From positions 15,128,001-15,192,000 of the forward strand of contig CM119377.1 in assembly GCA_051294905.1 (NCBI GenBank): a stretch of 64,000 nt of DNA, written 5' to 3'. Made by a program: the position numbers and the translations under genes. The notes beneath the pieces were generated by a model. It made no database searches. It was not told the DNA's origin and saw only the letters and a list, made by a program, of their open reading frames with translations. Positions 1 through 12,100 of this stretch are shown here, piece after piece. How positions within the stretch are numbered: the first letter of the stretch is position 1; every line of letters starts with the position of its first letter. The stretch comes from Botryllus schlosseri. Lineage: Eukaryota.

Positions 1-23
1 CAAACCTATCACCTCTTCCCCAG

Positions 24-160
24 GCTTCAACGTCGAGCTCGATAGAGTGAAACAAGTGCCTGGATATCCGCAACATGAGACCGTGGATTTCAAAGTGACC
101 TTTGACCCCAGGGGCTGTAACTTACCCCCAGGACCTAGCGGAGCAGTGGTGCCTATCAAT
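24..160 (+). CDS. HYDIN: HYDIN exon (window exon 1)
   Basis: ttccccag| FNVELDRVKQVPGYPQHETVDFKVTFDPRGCNLPPGPSGAVVPIN |gtacgt. Confidence 0.92.
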
Positions 161-3100
161 GTACGTACCCTGCGTGAGAATATCGTATAAACTTGAAATT
201 CACTGGTATAGACAAACAATGTTTCATGAATGTGGTTGTGGATGAATTGTAAGAAATTTTGAAAAGTGCAGGTGAAGTGTTTGTGTAATTGGGGTGCCAT
301 AATATATGATGGTCATTAATTGGCTGTAAACAATCAAGTAAAGTGCTTGAAAGGTTAGCTAGTGTGTTTGTTCACATAACTTGTAGTATAGAAATTAAAC
401 ATGGAACGGCAACAACCGATTTTGCAGCTTCGTTCCGCTTCGCCGAGGCTGGAGTGGAGAATTATTTTACGTAAGCGATTGCAGGACTTCTTGCAATCCA
501 GAAGCTATCTTCCCGAGGGCAGAAATTATTGAATCTGGTCTTGATCGAAAGCTACTGTTGCACCGATTCCGAAATATAAAATAAAATAATGATCAAGCAC
601 TGATCGACCTGAAATATTGCCATTGTTCGAACAATCGGAGAGTCGCAACGGGTCATTGTTATGGCCATTGTGTTGCGGTTACTCGATTGTTCTGAACAAT
701 GCAGATATTTCAGACTTGGAGGACGGATTCTAGGTCGATCAGTGCTTGATCATTATTTTAATTTATATTTTTGGAATCGGGGCAACAGTAGCTTTCGATC
801 AAAACCAGATTCATTAATTTCTGCGCTCGGGAAGATAGCTTTTGGATTGCCAGAAATCCTACAGTCGCTTACGCAAAACCATTCTCCACACCAGCCTCAG
901 CGAAGCGGAACGAAGCTGCAAAATCGGTCATTTCCGTTCCATGTTCAATTTCTGTACTTGCAGTGTGGAATTTATTCTTCATCTGCAACATTAATAACGA
1001 CGTGAAATCGTTTAGATTGTTGGCGGGCCTCAAATCTGCATGAAGCTGCAAGCGCACGTCACCATACCGGAATTGGAAATGAACACGGACTCTGTTGAAT
1101 TTGAGAAAGTGCAATGCGGTCAATGCAAAGTCATTACCGTGCAGCTGCATAATCACAAGGAGGTGAGATGTGACTGGACGTCGCTGAATCCTGCTCATAA
1201 AACCGAAAAAGTAAGTGACGGTACTGTAAATATTTCAGTTTCATCGATCTCGTTCTGTTTGAAGATTGAGCTTGAATTGAACAAATTTTGATCACTTTCA
1301 TAGACTCAGCAATATAAGCATGCTAAATACTTATATTTTAGGTTTATGCGCATGTTAGGGCAAAAGTTCTTGCATTTTAATTTCGAACGACATTTATCTC
1401 ATTACCTCACGAAACCTCATCGTCTAATTTACAGCAGAGTTACGTTGTTTTGATATCCGTGAAACTGAATAACTGGCCTTTTCTAGATTTTGTAACTGCA
1501 GTTGACCTGGATTTAACGGAAATATCATGAAAGTATTTGCTTTTTCGGCAGTTACGAGAAATAAATTTGTACTGACAATGCAGGGTTGTAACCAAGTCAC
1601 AAGGCTCCGAGTCACAAGTCAATCTCACTTTTATAGTTTTGACTCGAGTCAAGTCGAGTCATTTCAATTCACCACCGAGTCAAGTCCGAGTCCAAGTCAG
1701 CGAGCAGAGGGTCGAGTCCGAGTCATGGAATTATGACTCGAGTCCGAGTCCAAGTCATTATGTGGACTGCTTAGTTTCCAGTTAAAGTCTTGGTAAACCC
1801 ACTTTTCATAACTCTTGTTTGATGATATCGAATGTTTCGCATTTATAATATACCAATTTTCCTCACTTTTAGCAGTTTCTGATCGCATATTCAAGTACCA
1901 GTACCAACAGACAAAATCCCAATAGTGTGTTGGCTTCGGAATTCCAATGAAATGTCGGTCTTGGCCGTCTGAGTCTCGAGTCAATGACTTGGTTCGAGTG
2001 ATGCGCAATGACTCGAGTCCAAGTCGAGTCAATACACAGATCGAGTCATTTTCGTATTTTGAAAAAGTGACTCGAGTCAAGTCGAGTCATTACAACCCTG
2101 CGACAATGTTGCTATCACTATTCTAAAATTTAATACGCACTTTCCGCTATCTACCTACTACGCTTATAGTCGTTGCCTAGGAAGTATATTTTTGTTTTGA
2201 AATTTTTAGTACAACCACTTCAAGAATATTATAAGAGTATTTATTCACATTGAGATTGTGACTTGTTGATATCGAAATAGTCATATAAATATTGCTGATC
2301 CTATATTTTCCTTGCAATTAAATTAAATATCTTTCTCTGATTGATTGTGCTCATATTTCACATATGTTATATCATAGTTTTGATTCTTTTCCAGCTGGAC
2401 AAGCATGTTCCGATGCATCTTCGTAAGAAACTTCGAAAGGAGTTGAAACCAAAAGCCGCTCACTTTGAAATGATGCCAGCCAGAGGATCGCTGGCTCCCG
2501 GACAAAGAATGAACGTGCAAGTCAAATTCATGCCTACAGAAGAGGTGGGTTCCAACTCTGCGGTTTAATCTGTTATAGTGAGTTTGCAACTTACACTGCG
2601 TTCAAATGACGAGAAACATTGTTACCGGCTAACACATTTTCTTGCAAGCTTCATCTTTGAAAATGACAGATAGGGGAATGCCAAGTGCAAAGTTGTGGTT
2701 GTGAAATCCCTACAAATAATATGTATTGTCTTGAAACAATCCAACAGAATGAAATGATACGACATGCTGAAAAGAAATCTTGTATTATCCATAACTTTGT
2801 ATCAAACTTTTTCGATAACAGCCTTGAATTCTTTTTGAGGGTAGTAGCAAATATCTATTTCATTAATCATACTCCGTCCGTTCAGAAAATCTATTCGCAA
2901 AGGCTTGTGATCAGAATCGCCCAATCTACAACTCGCCTGTCATTGCTGGTCAACGGAATTGGACAAGAGCCCAGACTGGACTTCTCCCACACTCTGGTCA
3001 CTTACGGACCAATATTGCCTCACGGCACCGGCCATGAAGTGGACGTCGTGATATCGAATCCAAGCGATTTCCCCGTGGAGATTTACTCTCTCGACTTTGA

Positions 3101-6100
3101 CAAACAATACCTGATGGAGGAAAAGGTAAAGTTTCGCCGCTGTTTATGATTCCGAACTTGTCATGAATGGTACTGCAATGAAATTCCATCTGGTTCTCTA
3201 ACCGATATAACGCATTCACTTTGATATCAATTCTATTTTTGGAAATAGAATATACGATTGAATAGTATCTTCATATTGAAATGAACCTGAATATTCTCGG
3301 CTGACACCCGTCAGGGGTAATCGTCAGGAACTAGTAGAGAATTGAAAAGAAAATTGTGATAAATCATATTATATTAGATGTGTATATTATACGCCAACGT
3401 CACAAATAGATGCAAATTCACAGATTCTGCGCATGATGAGAGGCTACGATGAAAATCAAAATATCCTCCTTCCTCCCCGTCTGCCTGGCGACGATCTACC
3501 TCAAGAGCTGTTGGAGTTCTACGAATCGCACAAAGCGCCTTCTGCAGAGGAAGAGATCAAGCACGCATACCGAGAAGCAGACGGTAGGCATTTTGTTACA
3601 GCTGAACGTGATTGAAATGTACTGTATGAAATCTCTCTTGTTGACATTACTGAAATTATGCATGATTTATTTTCATAAATATATTCTCTATTTAGTTTTT
3701 CTACATCATTTCCTTAACAAAATAGGCATGCTGCGTTGTTTTCTTAGCATATATATTCTGAATGGTTGGCTTATATGTCTGTGTGCCAGATTAATATATA
3801 TTTTGTTATGTAACTCTTTCCTTGTGCCTAATTGCGATGAATAAATACCCCTATCTATCTGTCTGTCTGTCTGTCTGTCTGTCTAATAGGGATAAAGCCA
3901 GTTCATTTTATGTGACATCCTACTCTCTGGCATGGATCTTTACTTTGCCGACCACTTGTATGAGTTTGAAATTGTGTGGCTAAGGTTCCCAATACGCCGC
4001 AAACGATGGTGCTGACGAGGAAGACCTTGTACCAGCATCAGGTGCCGCCAGCGTCGCCAGGCAAATGACTATGCCGGGATCGAGAGAAGTTTTGCAAACC
4101 GAGGAGTCTGGCGTTTCTGTAAATGAATTCTCCACCGACGAATACAACCCTGAAAACGAGCAGGTGTGAAGTCTTTCGAGATTTTTGTTTCAATTGGCTA
4201 TTTACGAAACTGATTTACTATCATACTACCACTATCAAACTGTGTCGACTATGAGGTTCAGTACAAATAGGGCGACGTTTAACTGGAAAATACCTACCCA
4301 AGTGTTGGGGTTTCTCCTCGCGTAAACGCATAAATGGTGCCTTAAAAAAGCTTAGAACTCGGCCTTGCTACAAGGCGGCAGCTATCCAATCATAATAAAG
4401 AATATTGGCCTGATGTAAGTGACCGTTTCAGTCGAAAAACCACCATGACTACCACAAAATAACAACAACTGAAAAATATTTAATATATCTGCCTAAATTT
4501 TGAATGTTTTCTGTTTGTGCCTTTCGATTTCATTATGTTGTTTTTGCATGCATTCAATGCTATATAGTCCAAGAAGTAATTAAACAGTCTAATGTCGATT
4601 GTTTAGGACGAGGAAACCTCCCCCCACCCGAGTGAAAAGAAAACTTCGACATCAGTGGCTAGAAAGGAAAGCGACGTGAAGGTTGAAAATGACCAGGGTA
4701 AGTCAAAAATGAGTCCTATCTTCCGTCATTTTCTACTGCCGACATCAATAAGCATCTCCTGCATTTGAGAACCACTGCTATAAAACGAATTGCACTTATG
4801 TGCAATACTACTCTCTCAAGCAATATACTGGAGAACTACTCAGACACTCAAGTTCCACTTGAAATGGTGTTAACCTCCCATACTTGCACTTTAGCCTACT
4901 TGATAAGCATCCACAAGTAATTGCCTGCTGATATTGAAATGTTTGTTATTGCCGGTTTTGGTCATTTACATAGACTGTAACTATGTGTAGCGTTTTAAGA
5001 CATTTTGAGTTAGGCCTACTTACTGTCATTCATCTTGCAATTTCGAACTTCGCCGTTTACAATTACCTGTAAAAAGTATGGGAAACCTTGCTTCATGGTT
5101 TATTTGATATGTATTGGAGTATTTTTGTTTAAATAGTGTATTCGTTTTGTAGCGAGCAGCGTTGGGGTCGGAGAATTGGAAACACTGAACAGCCCTGTTT
5201 CGTTAGCAATCGCGAGACATCTTGGAATTGATTTGACTGCCGAAGGAAAAGCTGCCCGCAATCGTCGCGGTATTGCTATCATCGTACACGGACCACCCAT
5301 GTCTGGTAATGTTTTTCTCTTGTGTGCAATGTGTGCAATGGTCATTTAGGTATTCTGGAAAAATGGAAGCAATACTGTGTACAGTCTAGTGCAGGGGTGG
5401 CCAACCTTTTTGGCCAAAGGGCCACATTCCATTGCCGAACCATCGGGCGGGCCACTAGCCACGCTAAGCGTGAAAATTTTTCAACGTTTATAGGTCAATA
5501 GTATTGTTATATTGAGTATATTAAGGGTCTGCTGTATATTGCTGGGCTCAGTTTGCATGAACTGTGACTATTCGGCGTCTGGACATATCGATATCAAAAG
5601 CTTCGGCCAACATGCGTCAATCATTTTATGCCTATGTGTCATTGTCGACGGTCTTTCTGCGAGCTCAAACGCAATGTCACATGACAAACGACAATTTCTC
5701 TCGTAATTGCTCTTATAATTAGACTTAATCTGGTGCATTGGGCGTTCTTTCATTTTCAGGAGGGGGTAACAATATTAAAAGCAAGATATCGAGTGACAAC
5801 ATATTGCGGGAAGTGGGAAGAAAATTTTTGCTTTAGATAAATCTACCGCAGAATATTCTGCTTTATTGTAATGTACGGAAGGTCTACCAAAATTTGACTG
5901 GCTTATATTGATCTTCCAATGCATTGAAACTGATATTTTAGTCATCACATCCCCAGTGTTGCGGCCAGACTAATCAAATTTTTGGTTGGCCATGCAAGTT
6001 CACACTCTGGGCAATCCATTTTTGGTAATATTACTAATTTATAAAATTACCTCGCAGGCCACTCAAAACCCACAAGTGGCCCGCGGGCCACGGATTGACC

Positions 6101-9100
6101 GGCCCTGGTCTAATGTCAATAGGACCACCCTAAACAGCACAAACAGTAGTAGAGCTTACTGAATATACACTGGGAAAGGTAGAAGGAACTCCAAATAATC
6201 TGGGACCATGGTTGTGTGACGCACTTTCTCTATGCCATCCGTACATGAAGATTGAATATTTTTGAACAGACGTTTGACTGAACTTTGCACTCGTTAATCT
6301 TGTAATGCCAGATGCAATGCAATGCTTTGTTGGGTCACTTGGGTGCTTGTTTATAATATTTGAGAGCATCGTTATTCATAAATCAACTCATTTACAGAAA
6401 CAACAACCACATCGGTCCATCTTGCCAAAGCATACGGAGCAGCACGCATGACAATTGACGATATCGTTTTGGAAGCGATTTCCAACGGCAACACAGAGGT
6501 ATTTTTGCAATGTTAATATCACTTCCATGCATTAAAAAGTTATACCGACAAAGCAATCTGTATTGCATTTTATGGTTGTGAGCCAGAAAAGGAGATGAAC
6601 CGTACAGAATGTATGTGAGCTTTATCTAATTTATCATAAAATCGGTGTAACCTGTAAATACATACCCCGGAACCAGTAACCTTTCAGATGCTAGATTATA
6701 TAAAAATTATTTAGTGCATTCAGCAGATATTGAATTTATTCTATTTTTACCACAAAGCGGTCATTTTAGTAGTGGTCAGTACCTAAGCAGGTATACATGT
6801 TAAATGTAGTCTTGGAGTGCACTCAAGTAATAATTGACATATTGCTGCTAAAGTAATCTGATGCAGACCTTTGCATCTTTATATAGTACTAGCTCACAAT
6901 ATTTTTGAAAGTACCAGTACTGACTTCGTTTAGTTGAGAAAGGTTTAGTCAACTTCAGTCTTTTTAGTTGCCTTCTAAAACAAAAATCGTGCATGCCGCA
7001 TTGTGACTTATATGCAATAGTAATGGACACTGGTAAAAGATGCATTGTTTTGATGATCAGGACAGTGTCAATTTATCCGTTGATGAATTTCACCAAAGAA
7101 AAAGCTTTTTATAGGTAGAGAAACCCGACTTCAATACTAAGTTACAGCAGAAGTACATCATTGCAGTTCTCCCCCAGTAGTGTCAGTGATACTGAGTGCT
7201 AGACGATTTCAGGCAGGGCAGAAAGCGTTGGGATACATCAAAAGGATCCACGGAGAGAATTCAATATCGTCCAGGTCCCTCATTCATGCAGAATCAGCGA
7301 CTCGGACAGCGGGAAAACTATCTAAAGTTTGAAATTCTTTCCGAAAACCAATCTTCCGTCGATAACGTTTGCGACTGATTTATTCAGGCTGGATTGAAAG
7401 CTCGCGAGATGTGTGCGATGATGGCCAGAGGGCAGAAGGAAGACGATGGTATGGAAAGTGGCACTGTCGCGGGCGGTTTGAGTGTAGAAGCCGTCACTGC
7501 TCACACTGGTCAAGGTGAGGGAAGCCATTTTTGTTGCGATTCACACTCTTTTGAAATTTGCGAAGTTATATAGCACTGTCATTGGTAATATCCTGTAAAA
7601 TGCAAAGATGCACCCTGCAATTTCAAAAGTTTATACTCCCGATTAACTGCTGAAAGTTAGCGACCCATAGACCAAATCAAGTTTTGAACTACTTATTTCA
7701 ATATTTTTGTCCTTGATGTTTTGCGGCATACAAACCGACTCATGATTTATATACACACGATCTCCGCCTATGCATACCATGAGTACATGGTGCACATATG
7801 CCGCTGGAGAAGGAAGGCCGGGATATAGCCTTGTACGACTTTCTAAGTCTTGAACCACCCCTCCATGCTATCCCAGTAATGCTGAGCGCCAAGCTGGGGA
7901 GCCACGGATACCAGTTTCACGAATCAGGTCTCTTGCCTGACGCAATTGGGGATCAAACCCACGACCTACCGATTATTATATGTGCCAAGAAATATACCTA
8001 ACTGCCACAAACCTAGCTATTTGGGTAGTGGAATCAACTATCTTTAAATATTCGACAGTTCTAATGTGGCTGTCGCTGTGCTGTAGCCAAGTAGGCGTTT
8101 GGTTATGGTAATTTCCTAAGATTTATGATTCAATTTTAATCAGAATGTAAGCACTTGACATAATCAAAAACTGTCGAGCAACGAAGCATGAAATATTGAA
8201 TGAAGTTTTGGATGAAAGTAGTTGTTATGAATGAGTGACAACTTGTGGAAAGTTGAATTATTGCCATAGCTATTACTCTTACTGTGGCTCTAATTTCATT
8301 ATGGTAAGCAAACTTAATGATTTTCTCTTTAAATAGGCAAAATGGGCTCAGAGCTACAGGCTGTTATCATTTCATGTCACATTTCATTTAAAGCCAGATT
8401 GCGATAAACTGCACTGACTGTCAGGGCTCAAACTTGCGTCTATGAATTGTTATATCTCGTTGCATTCCAGCAAATAACGGCAGTACAATTTGTGATTCCT
8501 TACTTCCAGAACCAAAAGCTGGAGCTGCCTCCGTAATTTCCACCAAAAAGGCTAGTGTCGTCAGTAAGCAACCGCAAAGTACTCTTGCCGGGAAATCTGT
8601 GAACCCTAGCAACGCACCACCTGCATCGGAACACACTGGATCGCATGTAAGGCATTTCATAGCAGTATATAATGTGCTTGTTTGGATACATTGCTTCACG
8701 ACTGAGTGTACTATATTGCCCGTTAATATGTCTTGTATTGTAGATTTGGAAAAATCATAGAATCTTTTCAATCGATGTACTTATTCCCCTAAATTAATAC
8801 TGTGTCATGGTGTCTTATGATATCACTGTTATGATGTATAATTAAGGTTCTGCTAACAATATGAAAAGTTATATTCGAAATGGAAAGTGTAATCGGATGT
8901 ATATTTGAAAATTGCGGAAACACCATTGAAATGGTCTGTTACAGCCCTTTTGCCGACTCAAAATGTGGTTTTATTTTTTCTATAAAATGCCATGGCTATT
9001 TTTATAGGTTGCTAGCAGTCCCCCGCCTTTTGCGGCACCGATTGCTCGCAAATTGAGCGTTTCTGCGTCTGTGGCTGGCGAGGACGGGCTTATGAGCTGT

Positions 9101-12100
9101 GTACTGCCAGAAGATCTGCTGGTAGATATATTACAGGAAAGGCTTCAGGTTGGTATTGAATGCATCGAATCATAAATTGAAAATATTGCGTTTAATACTT
9201 ACTGAGTGAAATTGATAATAATTCATCACAGCTAAACGATTGTCACCACGGAGTGATTTTCGACAGTCTGGATACTCTCTTCAGTCCCACGCATCAAGCG
9301 ACTTGCTTAGCGCTGTTAAAAGCGATCAACAATCGGAAATACATTTATTTTGTGACACAAAAGCTGGACTATGCCACTGTGAAGGCAAATCGAAAAGCGA
9401 AGGAAGAAGATGATGGTACGGTTAAGGTTTTGTTGATGTTCATATTGATATAAACCCACATATTTCTCTCTGACATTTGTCAGGGATAGTTGACAGCAAC
9501 TAGTTCTACTTAATTCTTTTGAATCCTCAACTAGTTGTTGATTACCCTGTCTAATCTCAAAAGGGAATATTATTCAATTGTAATTTAAGTTCTGTACGTC
9601 TCTTCAAATAACCCAGCCAGCGATTTACATACATTCCACATATAACTTTCCTCCATTCAGTGAAATCCGCTCTCCTGAAAGAAGAGCAGGAAAAACAGGC
9701 TCTGGAAGACATGGACGAAGACCAGTACGATTCTCTCCCCGACTATAAGAAAGAAGAGATCGACCGTTACCGGCTGGAGGCGAAACGAGAGAAGCGACAA
9801 AGGAGAGAAGAGGAGGAACGCGCCGAGAGAGAAAGGCAGGAGCTGGAACGGCAGCAGATGCTGGAAGAGAAGATGAATAATGACAGTGACGACAAGAAAA
9901 AGAAGAAAGGCAAAAATAAGAGAGAGGAAACCGGGAAACGTAGCATTTCAGGTGAGAGCCAGTTTGTTTAGTAACTTATTTGTTTTAATGTATCAAATAT
10001 GACAAATTATGTCATATGTGTCATAATTACGGTTGTGTCTTACAGGCAAGAATGCGGAAATCCCTGTAGGTCAAGCAGGTCATGCTGGATCCGACAAAAA
10101 GGGAGGGAAGATGATGTCCTCACATGACCTAGGGGAGAAAAGACCAGACTCACGTGGAACCGATCATGCCGATTCATTGGCTGATGAGAAGAAGTGAGTT
10201 TCGTTTGAATTCATTTTGCTGCACAGGTCTTGATTCAGAACTTTGGATTTAACAAAATTCCCATATCCGCGTATAGATTTCTACTTAACGTTTATTTTAA
10301 TTTTAATTTGACAATGTTAATCGAATTACGTTCCTTAGACTTCATGGTACGCAATGGTTGTCGCGTCCCAATACAAAATGAATATTGAATGATAATGCTA
10401 TATTATTGCCTGTCCTGTATTACTGAAAGAAGAGTGAATTGTATCATGGAAATAAAGATTCTGGGTTCGAATGATATCATCGTACATTAAGCATTTTTAT
10501 ATTTAATATTTGTTAAAGAAATAGGATAAAAAATTACGTGGGAACATGTTTCAATAGTGCCTAACTCTTGAATTGATTGATCAGAAGATTCATATACATC
10601 AATGTTTTATTGAATATTTGCAATGATTATTTTAAATTGCTATATTATATCTAGGAGGAAGAGCCTTCATTCCAATCATGATAATTTTTCGTCCGCTGCA
10701 AAACTATTGTCTCAGCTTCATAGGTAACTCATGCAACTACAGGACTCCTGTTGCCTGCAAAATATAATCTTCAAAATCATGCGTCATGTAGAAATTTTCC
10801 AATAACATAATTTATGGTTTTTTGCACTATTGCATGAAATATACATCCATAAGCACTTGCATGTGCATCGTCATGGCATCCAGTTCATTTATCTTTGGTG
10901 AGAAACATTGGCATATTGCACTGTTGCATGTGTATTGTAAGTATGTCTGTAGTTGGTCGATACAACTATATTACCCGTTAATTTGGTACGATTAATGATC
11001 GCATAAAAATTCAGCTTGATGTGTTAAGTGGCGTAAAATGGTCATAAATTTTTATATGGTTGTCCAAGTGGTTAACTACTGTCCACATGAATTCTTGTAC
11101 GGTATCAGTTTGTGAGAGATATAATAGACAAGATTGATTTCTTTCAAATATCAGTACTTGAACAGCTTCTTTGAGGTACAGAACTTCAATATGCAATTGA
11201 GTAGTTTATTCATATTGAAATGAACCCGAATATTTTCGGCTGACACTCATCAGGGGTATTTGTCAGCAACTAGTAGAGAATAGAAAAGAACATCGAGAAT
11301 ATGCGGGTTCATTTCAATACAAGTATCAGTACATAAAATAGACCAAATAAATGTGACCATGCAATTTACTGGTAGCCCACGTTTTTGATTACAGTTAGGT
11401 TACCAATTAGCTGTAATTTGTTTCACATTTCACTTTACACCAGACTTGTCGTTCTGATAGCTGATATCGAAGACACATTGCATGTTAGTAGCTCATATAA
11501 TAGAGCACCAGTATCAAAATTGCCTCTGACGCAGTCTCCTTCACATAACGTCTATCTGCAAGAGCTCAGTGCCCTAATGTAGGCAGGTCTTTGCAGTCAT
11601 GTTGGGATTCAACTGTGAAAATGAAATTCACCCAATGCTGTTGAGTTTCACACCCATGTCTTATAATGATAAGATTTTGTATAACTCGACCAGCGTTCCT
11701 GCTACCAGTAATACCTTCTCAGAACAAAAGCTTCAATTGAGTCATTGTTACTTGGTAATAGTTTTCTTTTGTCTTCATTTTCTCATGCTTTATACACTCA
11801 GCATGATGTGAATTCTTGTGACTCTTATTCAGACACTGTTTGTGACAATATAACATCCAATGTAGTTTCAAAATTGCGTAAAATATATTTGTAATTTCGT
11901 AAAATTCATCGAATTGCATTTGTCATGATCATTTAACAAACAATTCTGAAAATTTACTTTCGGATATTGCTAAATAAAACTTTGGGATGACTACATCGTA
12001 AAGCTACCTACCCGAATACTTTTGAAACTACCAACACTTTCTATGGTTGCACCGGAATTGCATCATGATGACTATAGCCCTGACTGACCACTACACACAT

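Noticed and set aside
661-1198. ORFs 661-1005 (+) and 869-1198 (-)
   Set aside because: They overlap the fold-back element and the antisense of HYDIN exon 2.
1697-2080. 127-aa minus-strand ORF and neighbouring short ORFs
   Set aside because: They arise from GACTCGAGTC arrays inside a MITE and have no protein-like features.
1600-2100. Regularly spaced short repeats suggesting a CRISPR array
   Set aside because: Eukaryotic intron; the 10-bp palindromic units are irregularly spaced and enclosed by TIRs with a TSD.
7181-7380. Coding-looking, purine-rich stretch upstream of exon 10
   Set aside because: No acceptor/donor pair gives a stop-free phase 0-0 exon, and there is no similarity to HYDIN that I recognise.
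11599-11811. 70-aa ORF as another cassette exon
   Set aside because: The available acceptor gives a stop in the required phase-2 frame.
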